A stretch of DNA of 64,000 nucleotides from Candidatus Zixiibacteriota bacterium (GTDB lineage: Bacteria; Zixibacteria; MSB-5A5; GN15; FEB-12), in NCBI GenBank assembly GCA_034439475.1, contig JAWXAN010000070.1, positions 26,906-90,905 of the forward strand, read 5' to 3'. This document shows, piece after piece, positions 1-7,903 of the stretch. Positions within the stretch are counted from its first letter, which is position 1. The number at the start of each line of letters is the position of its first letter. The position numbers were made by a program, and so were the translations under genes. The notes under the pieces were generated by a model that saw only the letters and a list, made by a program, of their open reading frames with translations, was not told where the DNA came from and did not search any database.

Positions 1-134
1 GACACAGTAACTGAATTCGGCGTATAGATCATGTTGCCGACAGCTACATTATGGATTGTGGCAAAGGTGTCGCTTCCAAACGAAACGAGCAAAATGCCTG
101 CGAGAATTGCAACAAAGCGCATATGGGAGCGCAT
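1..134 (-). CDS. Secreted protein, N-terminal fragment only (gene runs off the left edge of the window)
   Basis: The reverse strand reads GGAGG-6nt-ATG (ATG = complement of 132-134). It then encodes MRSHMRFVAILAGILLVSFGSDTFATIHNVAVGNMIYTPNSVTV..., a signal peptide, and stays open to position 1. It is absent from the ORF track because it is truncated. Function cannot be called from about 20 mature residues. Confidence 0.4.
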   Translation of the reverse strand, partial: MRSHMRFVAILAGILLVSFGSDTFATIHNVAVGNMIYTPNSVTV

Positions 135-433
135 AGATTACCTCCTACTAGCGAAAGTGGGTATTACGATTCAGTTTTTGCGTACATCATACTGCCTTCT
201 TGGCCACGTTCTGGCGCGATAGACGAAGGGAAAGAAAGTCACCTAATATCACAGAAGCCGAATGAGAAGGACTTCTCAACCACTCCGACTATGCCCAAGT
301 ATGACAATTAATCTGGCTTCTGTCAAGCAAAAAAACGATCACACACCTCCCCCGGAGGAACGAATAGTGTGCGGCTTGCCAATAAGGAGTTGGAAATGGT
401 GAGATTTCGGAAACTAACTTTTGCCGGAATCGG

Positions 434-2092
434 TTATACAGGAACCTTTTGCAGAAGATTTTCTTCCGCAAACTCAATTGCCTGGACAGATCGCTCGAAA
501 ATATGCTCAGTCGGCACTAACGATTGAAACTCCTTGCTGGCCAACAGCTGTTCCTCGACCCGTATTTGCAACCCGCTAAAGAGAACATAGATGCCGCGCC
601 CTTTTCTTTCGCGCACAAAAGCTTTCAGACGTGTCTGTCCCGTTGCGTCAATAAATGGCACATGCTTCATCCGAATGAGGATTATCGGACGCGCCATATG
701 CATATGCTCATTGACCTTCTTTTCAAAAATACTCATCGTGCCAAAAAAGAATGGGCCGTTGATTGTATAGACCGCCATTTTATCTTTCAGGAGGGGATGG
801 GCATTGAGTGTCGCGCTGATAGTATCAGTCGGGTCATATTCTTCCAGCGCGCGAATGTCACTCGTGTTCACCAGCCGAACAAAGAGCAGAAATATAGCGA
901 AGAACATTCCGATCTGTACAGCAAAGACCAAATCAGTTAGGACCGTCAGCCCCAATGTCACAAACAGAATAATCGTGTCCTGCCTGCTTATCCGCATTAT
1001 CGTTTTTATCTCGTCGATATTAATCATTTTGAATGAGACAAACATGAGAATCCCAGCGAGAAACGCCTTTGGAATATGACTAACAATAGACGCAAAAACC
1101 AGCATGAAAGACAACAAAAAAAGCGCATGAATAATTCCCGCGCCTTTCGTTTTTGCGCCCTCACGCACATTCACTGCACTTCGCGCGATAGCCGCCGTAC
1201 AGGGGATGCCGCCAAACCAAGGGAGAATCGCGTTAGCGATTCCCTGAGACTTTAATTCTTTGTCGCTGTCATGTTTGGTATTGGTCATACCATCGCACAC
1301 CACAGCGCAGAGAAGAGCTTCGATTGAACCAAGCAGCGCGATGGTGAGTGCCGCTGGTAGGACTTGGCGCGCCAAGTCGAAATTAAAACTTAGTAAATTA
1401 AATGCCGGAAGCCCGCTCGGTACATCGCCGACTTCGGGAAGAATCCAGCCAAGATGCATCGTTGCCGCGACCGAAAGCGACAAGGGCACAAGCGATGGCG
1501 GCAAATTTTTCAATGGCCGAATTCGTTTGAACATCGAAGGCAAAAAGACCAGCATGAGAATAGTTCCTACTACGATTATCACGGCCGAGAGATTGACCGA
1601 ATGAAACTCTTTCACGATGTCGACAACTGTGTGGCCGATAAATTCCTCAGCCGGGATGGAAATCCCCAGCCCGTTCGCAATTTGTCCGATAAAAATGATT
1701 ATGCCGATTCCCGCCGTAAAACCCGAGACAACTGGCAATGGAATATATTTGACGAATGTTCCAACCTTGGCCACGCCAAAAGCAATTTGAATCAGACCGG
1801 CCAGAAGTCCCGCCATGAGAAGGCCTTCGATTCCAAATCGATTGACCGTGGCGAGTATAATTACAGTCATCGCGCCGGTCGGCCCGGTAATCGAGAACTT
1901 TGAGCCGCCGAATGTTGAGCCGAGTAGACCTGCAATGACCGCCGTGTATAATCCCATAATAGGGGGCACACCAGATGCGATGGCAAAAGCGATAGCAAGA
2001 GGCAAAGCGACTATGGCCGTGATGAATCCGGCTTTGATGTCAAAGAGAGCTGAGCCTTTTAAATAGGCTGTGATGTTCTGGTGTATATTCAT
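434..2092 (-). CDS. SulP-family inorganic anion permease with C-terminal STAS domain
   Basis: 552-aa ORF with many hydrophobic helices. It has the SulP signature region GSTFGGSKFSITGPTGAMTVI and a C-terminal STAS-like segment (MAVYTINGPFFFGT...HVPFIDATG...LFSGLQ). Confidence 0.9.
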   Translation of the reverse strand: MNIHQNITAYLKGSALFDIKAGFITAIVALPLAIAFAIASGVPPIMGLYTAVIAGLLGSTFGGSKFSITGPTGAMTVIILATVNRFGIEGLLMAGLLAGLIQIAFGVAKVGTFVKYIPLPVVSGFTAGIGIIIFIGQIANGLGISIPAEEFIGHTVVDIVKEFHSVNLSAVIIVVGTILMLVFLPSMFKRIRPLKNLPPSLVPLSLSVAATMHLGWILPEVGDVPSGLPAFNLLSFNFDLARQVLPAALTIALLGSIEALLCAVVCDGMTNTKHDSDKELKSQGIANAILPWFGGIPCTAAIARSAVNVREGAKTKGAGIIHALFLLSFMLVFASIVSHIPKAFLAGILMFVSFKMINIDEIKTIMRISRQDTIILFVTLGLTVLTDLVFAVQIGMFFAIFLLFVRLVNTSDIRALEEYDPTDTISATLNAHPLLKDKMAVYTINGPFFFGTMSIFEKKVNEHMHMARPIILIRMKHVPFIDATGQTRLKAFVRERKGRGIYVLFSGLQIRVEEQLLASKEFQSLVPTEHIFERSVQAIEFAEENLLQKVPV

Positions 2093-2327
2093 TTAAACTT
2101 TTACATCGAAAGCCGGGCTGTCACTGAAACCATAAGGGTGGAAATAATAGTTTTCAGGATAATTTGCAAGAGATTAACAGGGGTGATTCCATATTTTTCA
2201 GGCCGGGTTCGTTTCTTAATATTCTGGTGGGCAACAATTCAAATCAAAGAAAAAGTCCTAACTGGCGTCGATAAACCAGATTCGTTATAGTTACAAAAAG
2301 TACACCAACACTAGTGGAGGACTCTTC

Positions 2328-2738
2328 ATGAACAAACGACATAACATCTCATCCGGCGCAAAATGGGAGGATATTGTCGGTTACTCGCGAGCCGTTCGAA
2401 TTGGCAATCTAATCGAAATCTCCGGCACCACGGCTGTCGATGAAGCGGGTAAAACAGTTGGCATCAACAATCCCTACGAGCAAACACGGTTTATTCTCCA
2501 GAAGATCGAAAGAGCGCTCAAGTCAGCCGGTGCGACCATAGCCGATGTTGTGCGAACGCGAGTGTATGTCATGGATATTACACAGTGGCAGGAAATCGGC
2601 CGGGCGCATGCCGAGTATTTCAAAGATATAAAACCGGCGACATCCATGATTCAGATTTCAGCGCTCATTGATCCGAGCTTACTGGTCGAAATTGAAGTCA
2701 CAGCCGTTGTGAGCGACGGTATACCCGATGTCAGCTAA
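2328..2738 (+). CDS. RidA/YjgF/UK114-family protein
   Basis: 136 aa. YSRAVRIGNLIEISGTTAVD...VRTRVYV...IEVTAVV matches the Rid-family core. GGAGG lies 7 nt upstream of the ATG. Confidence 0.8.
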   Translation: MNKRHNISSGAKWEDIVGYSRAVRIGNLIEISGTTAVDEAGKTVGINNPYEQTRFILQKIERALKSAGATIADVVRTRVYVMDITQWQEIGRAHAEYFKDIKPATSMIQISALIDPSLLVEIEVTAVVSDGIPDVS

Positions 2739-2741
2739 TGA

Positions 2742-3377
2742 TTAATCAGTGAAGTTTTGAGCGAGCCACTCCTGCCCCACAACGATATCCTCGCTTGTAA
2801 GTTGATGGCCGGTATCCAGCCAGTGAACCAGTACCTGCGCGCCGGACTGTTTGAGAATATCAGCAAGGTCTTCTCCGCTACCCGGAGGCATTGTCGGGTC
2901 ATGACGCCCTTCGCAGATGAGAGCTTTTGTCCCGCTTAAATTCGGTCGGGGATGCGGGTCGAGTGTTTTCATGGCGCGTAAAAGCAAACCTCCAGCACAA
3001 AGCCCCGGGGCTTCCAACAAGAGTGCATTCGCAATATTAGCGCCATTGGAATAGCCGACAGCTACGATTCTATTTTTGTCGAAACCATACTCCTCGCTTG
3101 CCGAGGTAATGAATTGGGCGAGTTCATTGGCGCGGACTTTCAAATCCTCAAGGTCCAACACTCCTTCGGCGAATCTTCTAAAGAAGCGGGGCATCCCGTT
3201 TTCGAGAACTTTCCCGCGTGGGCTAAGTATTCCCGCCGATGGAGCGAGCATTTTTCCGAGCGGCAAAAGATCGGACTCATCACCGCCAGTGCCATGAAGC
3301 AGCAAAATTGTAAGTTTTGAAGCCGGATTCCCTGGAGGTATATATTTATGAATAAAATCAAGAGTCGGCTTGCTCAT
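2742..3377 (-). CDS. Alpha/beta hydrolase, phospholipase/carboxylesterase family (MhqD/YodD-like)
   Basis: 211 aa with LLLHGTGGDESDLLPLG, the nucleophile elbow GYSNG and a late His (DTGHQL). It starts 12 nt downstream of the dioxygenase gene on the same strand. Confidence 0.8.
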   Translation of the reverse strand: MSKPTLDFIHKYIPPGNPASKLTILLLHGTGGDESDLLPLGKMLAPSAGILSPRGKVLENGMPRFFRRFAEGVLDLEDLKVRANELAQFITSASEEYGFDKNRIVAVGYSNGANIANALLLEAPGLCAGGLLLRAMKTLDPHPRPNLSGTKALICEGRHDPTMPPGSGEDLADILKQSGAQVLVHWLDTGHQLTSEDIVVGQEWLAQNFTD

Positions 3378-3389
3378 GAATCCTGCAAC

Positions 3390-4352
3390 TTATGACTGTC
3401 TTTGCTTTTGCTTCGACGGCAGTGTCAGCGGAGGGAGCGCTGCTTCAAGCTGACTGCGCTTCGTCTCAAGATGGGGCGGTAGCAGCAGTTTACCGCCAAG
3501 CTTATCAAGCGGTTCATCTATGGCAAACCCAGGCTGATCAGTGGCAATCTCAAAGAGCACATGCCCCGGTTCACGAAAATAAACCGAATGAAAATAATTT
3601 CTGTCAATGACGGGTGTTACATTTTGGCCGGCTTTTACCAATGATTCGCGAAGCCGCAACTGGTGTGCGTCGTCTTTTGCCCGCCATGCGACATGATGAA
3701 CAATTCCAGCTCCCATCCCGCCCATACGAAGATCTGGCTGGCAAAGAATATCGACAAACGATCCGGAGCCGCCATCGCCGCTTTCATATCTGAACAAATT
3801 ACCATGCTGCGACCGTAAACGAAAGCCAAGCTGGGTTGTCATAAGACCTGCTGTCCGCTCGTATCCTTCGAGAGTAAGTGTCACACTGTGGAAACCGCGG
3901 ATGCCATGTTCGGCTGGGACTTCGCCTTCACCCCATGCCTCTCGCGAATCAAAGGCGACTCCGACAAGCTGAAGCTCCATTCCATCGGGGTCTTCGAAAA
4001 TGAGCGTCTGTTCACCGGACGCGGTCATCGTTTCCTCGAATTGAATTTGATTCCGAATCAACCTGTCGGCCCAATACTGGATGGACGAAGGAGGCACCGA
4101 AAAAGTGGTCGATGTCACTTGGCCGCTCCCTCGTCGTCCGCGCGGTATTTTCGGCCAAGGAAAGAATGTGAGCGCCGAACCGGGCGAGCCGATTTTATTG
4201 CCGTAGTAGAGATGATAGGTTCCCGGGTCGTCGTAATTGACGGTGAGTTTGAGCAGACGCATTCCGAGCAGATTCACATAAAAGTCAAGATTCCGCTGCG
4301 GATCGCTTGCAATTGCTGTCACATGGTGAATTCCAAGAACGCCATCTGTCAT
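3390..4352 (-). CDS. Ring-cleaving dioxygenase of the vicinal-oxygen-chelate (glyoxalase) superfamily, MhqE/MhqO-like
   Basis: 320 aa. The N-terminus GIHHVTAIASDPQRNLDFYVNLLGMRLLKLTVNYDDPGTYHLYYGN is the hallmark of two-domain VOC dioxygenases. A second VOC repeat starts at GFHSVTLTL. Confidence 0.85.
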   Translation of the reverse strand: MTDGVLGIHHVTAIASDPQRNLDFYVNLLGMRLLKLTVNYDDPGTYHLYYGNKIGSPGSALTFFPWPKIPRGRRGSGQVTSTTFSVPPSSIQYWADRLIRNQIQFEETMTASGEQTLIFEDPDGMELQLVGVAFDSREAWGEGEVPAEHGIRGFHSVTLTLEGYERTAGLMTTQLGFRLRSQHGNLFRYESGDGGSGSFVDILCQPDLRMGGMGAGIVHHVAWRAKDDAHQLRLRESLVKAGQNVTPVIDRNYFHSVYFREPGHVLFEIATDQPGFAIDEPLDKLGGKLLLPPHLETKRSQLEAALPPLTLPSKQKQRQS

Positions 4353-4589
4353 CTGCTTTTAAGTCCTCACACTGAGATTCTAACTTTTTCAATTATACAA
4401 TAACGGGAAACCTGAGCAAATATTTTTTCTGCTGGCAGTCTGGCTGCCCCAATTGGTCCCACCACTCAAGCCAATCGGATCTGCCTAATGACCGCCCGAA
4501 CTATAGTATTCCGCCAATGGTTTCACCATTCCCTTCGGTCACTGCTGGCCGTCGAGAGCCGGGATATGTTTGAAATGTCCTCGGCCCCA

Positions 4590-5774
4590 TCAGCTCTGCT
4601 TCTGCTGAAACTGCTCGAGCGTTTCTATCAATTTATCGATATCTGATTCATCATTGAAGAGATGAACCGAGACCCTGATTGAACCCTCGCGGGTCACCAG
4701 AATGATCCCGGCCTTAAGTATCATCTTGTGAAGCTCTTCAAACTTCGGACAGGTGAAAGTGAAAATAGCCGAACGGTGTTTCTCCTCAAGCGATGAAGTG
4801 ACAGTATAATATCCGCTGGACTTTACATAGTCGGCCAGCCGGTCAATGAGGACATGATTGTGTTTCTGAATGTTCTCAATTCCCAAATCAAGAAACAGAT
4901 TCGCGCTTGCCTTCATGCCAAGGATATTGAGCACGGCATAATAGCCCAACTCATATTTCTGGGCCGAATCAAAGTAAGGCCTATCGTAATGAAACAAGTC
5001 CCCAAATTTCATTTCCCAATCGACTCCCAGCCAGCTCATAAATGGAATGCCGAGCCGTTTGCGGATTTGGTCAGAAAGGTAGAAAAAGCCGCAACCCTGG
5101 GGAGCAAGAAGCCATTTTTGACAGCCCGAAGTGAAAATATCAATTCCGATCTTGGTCACATCGACCGGCTCGACTCCCATCCCCTGAATACCGTCCACCA
5201 CAAAATAGATATTATTCTCTTTGCAGATTTTTGATAAAGCCGCCAAATCATTTTTATAGCCATTAAAAAACTGCACGTATGACAGCGACAGTACTTTCGT
5301 CTTGGCCGTGATACATTCCTGAAATTTGTTTATGTCAAACTGTCTATCAGTCGAAGCCACAAAGCGGACCTTCAGACCGCGCGTTTGCGCCGCCGCCTGC
5401 CATGTATAGACTATTGCCGGAAATTCGATATCCGAGACAAGAATTTCATCGCCAGGCTCCAAGGGAAGTCCAAAAGCGGCTATATTAAGCCCAAAACTTG
5501 TATTCAGCCCAAGGCCAATTTGGCGACTATCTGCGCCAACAAGTGTAGCATAATCGCCTCGTAGCTGTTCTGCTGCTTCAAAGGTATCATGAGAATCATC
5601 CCGGTCCGCCGCGAGTCTGACGGCAATATTGGCTTCGATAGCTTTTTGCACGGGTGTGCAAAATGGTCCATACGAAGCAGAGTTAAAGTAGCTGATTGAA
5701 TTCGTGTGAGGAAAAAGCAGCCTCGCCTGGCTGAATTTGTCCATCACTACTTTGTGGGTTGATACTTGCATCAT
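4590..5774 (-). CDS. Class V aminotransferase-fold PLP enzyme (cysteine desulfurase/epimerase-like)
   Basis: 394 aa with the PLP-lysine context FTSGCQKWLLAPQGCG. Its start overlaps the upstream gene by 4 nt (ATGA). Confidence 0.75.
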   Translation of the reverse strand: MMQVSTHKVVMDKFSQARLLFPHTNSISYFNSASYGPFCTPVQKAIEANIAVRLAADRDDSHDTFEAAEQLRGDYATLVGADSRQIGLGLNTSFGLNIAAFGLPLEPGDEILVSDIEFPAIVYTWQAAAQTRGLKVRFVASTDRQFDINKFQECITAKTKVLSLSYVQFFNGYKNDLAALSKICKENNIYFVVDGIQGMGVEPVDVTKIGIDIFTSGCQKWLLAPQGCGFFYLSDQIRKRLGIPFMSWLGVDWEMKFGDLFHYDRPYFDSAQKYELGYYAVLNILGMKASANLFLDLGIENIQKHNHVLIDRLADYVKSSGYYTVTSSLEEKHRSAIFTFTCPKFEELHKMILKAGIILVTREGSIRVSVHLFNDESDIDKLIETLEQFQQKQS

Positions 5775-6190
5775 AACAGATAAACATACCCGATAATTAT
5801 TAAAGAACCGCCAAGTTTTATCAGTAGGCTAAGCATCAGAAATAAGAGCCATGAGAGTGGAAGCTTCAATCGTACCGAAAGGCTCATCAATGCCGGAGCC
5901 GCGCCAACAAGGAAAGCAAACAACGCAGCGGCCATTGCGGCCCGAGTCCCGGAAAAAGGGAGAACAAATGCAAAAAATCCGTAGGCGAGGGTCGGGATGA
6001 CCACAAAAAAGAGTGATTCCATCATGAAATTCATCAACCACCAGACACCAGAAGATTCCTCGAGGATTTCAGATGGAATTGATTCCGTCAGCCGTAGTTT
6101 TTTCGATACATATTCGCTGAGAAGCGAGATGATTAGGAGATAAGCCCCTGCTGCGATCAGGCAGTAGATCAGCAGGGTCGAGGAAATCAT
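5771..6190 (-). CDS. Small integral membrane protein (about 4 TM), function unknown
   Basis: 139 aa with four hydrophobic stretches. The 4-nt overlaps with both neighbours imply translational coupling. Confidence 0.6.
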   Translation of the reverse strand: MISSTLLIYCLIAAGAYLLIISLLSEYVSKKLRLTESIPSEILEESSGVWWLMNFMMESLFFVVIPTLAYGFFAFVLPFSGTRAAMAAALFAFLVGAAPALMSLSVRLKLPLSWLLFLMLSLLIKLGGSLIIIGYVYLL

Positions 6191-7179
6191 TTAATCCATC
6201 CCCGCTCTTTGTACCAGTCGAAAGTGTCCTTCACTCCGCGCTCGAATGGAATAGAGGATTCAAATCCGAGCACGTCACGGGCTTTGTCGGTCGAGACCGA
6301 CCACGGGGCGAGCAGTTCATTCGCCTTTTCGCGAGTGAGCATCGGCGTAGCGCGAACAGTTCGAAATCCCAGTTCAGAAATGGCAGCGATCCCCTCAAAC
6401 AGCCAACCCGGCATGGGAAGTTTCAGCGCATTTTTCCCGCTTGCAGTTTCAATAGCGCTCATCATTTCTGACATTGTATAAGCGCGGTTCTCCGAAATGA
6501 AAAAAACCGAACCGGAGGCCGCTTTCGATACAGCAGCAAGATAGACGCCACGGCATAGATCGTCTACATGGACTAACTGAATTGGCCGTTCAGGATCCCC
6601 AAACATCGGTTTTATACGGCATTTGACGGTCTGAAAAATTGTCAGGATTTCTCTATCCCCAGGACCATAAACACCGGATGGGCGAATGATAAGAATAGGC
6701 AGTGTATCGGTATAGCGGGCGATAACCCTCTCGGCAGCAAGTTTCGAGCTGCCATAGGTAGTAATCGGAAGGGGCATGTCATTTTCTTTCGATGGGCGCC
6801 CGCCTATTGAAGGGCCAGCAACTGCAAGCGACGACAGATAGATGACATTTTTGACTTTCGGATTGTGTTGTGTGATCGCTTCGAGTAGATTGAATGTCCC
6901 GCGTTCATTTACCTCAAAAAAGGTTTTGTCCTCTTTCGCCTTTACCAGCCCGGCGTTATGAATAATATAGTCTGCATGTTTGACCATATCAATCAAAGTA
7001 GCCGGATCGCAAATATCACCGTAGCGATACTCGATAGAAACTCCATTGAGCAACTCAAGATTCGCCGTAGGGCGCACCCCGGCTATTATATGGAAGCCGC
7101 GTGTTGAGAACTCACGACAAAGCCGTGAGCCTATAAACCCGTTTGCGCCGGTGATGAGTACGGTTGGCTTTTTATCCAT
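6187..7179 (-). CDS. NAD(P)-dependent epimerase/dehydratase (extended SDR)
   Basis: Rossmann motif VLITGANGFIGSRL and catalytic YGSSK (Y-x3-K). The ORF extends to 7206, but the MDKKPTVLITG start at 7179 gives a normal N-terminus. Confidence 0.85.
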   Translation of the reverse strand: MDKKPTVLITGANGFIGSRLCREFSTRGFHIIAGVRPTANLELLNGVSIEYRYGDICDPATLIDMVKHADYIIHNAGLVKAKEDKTFFEVNERGTFNLLEAITQHNPKVKNVIYLSSLAVAGPSIGGRPSKENDMPLPITTYGSSKLAAERVIARYTDTLPILIIRPSGVYGPGDREILTIFQTVKCRIKPMFGDPERPIQLVHVDDLCRGVYLAAVSKAASGSVFFISENRAYTMSEMMSAIETASGKNALKLPMPGWLFEGIAAISELGFRTVRATPMLTREKANELLAPWSVSTDKARDVLGFESSIPFERGVKDTFDWYKERGWIK

Positions 7180-7231
7180 GCGATAAATGTAGCTCATTGA
7201 ACACAAGCCGACAAGTAGTTATCTTTTGGCT

Positions 7232-7582
7232 ATGCGATTCGGGTACACGTTGGTAAAAGACGCCCATGGCCGTATTGAGTACAAACAGCGGCCTGGGAAG
7301 AAAAAGCATTTCCATCTGGCGGTTTTTATTGACGAGCCCGATGACATTTTGAGCGCAATTAGACTTGTGGAATATCAACTGCATGAGACCTTCAAAGAAC
7401 CCCTTCGCCACAATGACAATCGTGACGTGAGATTTGTCGAGACGTTTTTTACCTGGGGAAAGTTCAACATAGAAGCAACTGTCCTCTTTCTTAATGGCGC
7501 ACGTGAAACATATAACTTCTACCTCGATTATGATTTACCGTCCGATTATGGACTTAATTATATCCAGCTTCCGGTGGAATAG
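7232..7582 (+). CDS. Stand-alone prokaryotic YEATS-like (pYEATS) domain protein
   Basis: HFHLAVFIDEPDDILSAIRLVEYQLHETFKEPLRHNDNRDVRFVETFFTWGKFNIEATVLFLNG..NFYLDYDL aligns block for block with human AF9 YEATS as I recall it (HDWMVFVRGP...VEKVVFHLHESFPRPKRV...ESGYAGFILPIEVYFKN...RFDYDLFL). The ORF-track start at 7226 is TTG; the first ATG is at 7232. Confidence 0.65.
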   Translation: MRFGYTLVKDAHGRIEYKQRPGKKKHFHLAVFIDEPDDILSAIRLVEYQLHETFKEPLRHNDNRDVRFVETFFTWGKFNIEATVLFLNGARETYNFYLDYDLPSDYGLNYIQLPVE

Positions 7583-7724
7583 TTGAGTGATTTCTGTACA
7601 AAATCGATGTAGAAAAGATGGTAATTCGGATTAACTCCAGGTATTATAAAGGAGCGATGTGTCATTGAAAATATCACTTGCCAAAGCAACACCAAGGCTG
7701 TTTCTTTTTTTCGTTAATATAGAT

Positions 7725-7804
7725 CCGTTGGGGGTGGCGTAATACGACCGCCTGAGATCATACCCCCTAGACCTGATTCGGGTAATGCCGACGTAGGGAA
7801 ACGG
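7725..7804 (+). promoter_or_regulatory. TPP (THI-box) riboswitch aptamer
   Basis: ccgtt-GGGGTGGCG..CGCCTGAGA..ACCCCC..ACCTGAT.CGGGTAATGCCGACGTAGGGAA-acgg. All conserved TPP-aptamer blocks are present in canonical order, closed by a P1 helix ccgtt/aacgg. The aptamer lies about 100 nt upstream of the TonB-receptor ATG. Confidence 0.9.
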
Positions 7805-7903
7805 AGATGCTTACTACATCCCCTCCTGCCTAATTATGGGCAGACCTATCGACACAGGACGGAATCTTGCAAAACTTTTACCGTTTTACGCGAGGTTACT
7901 GTC

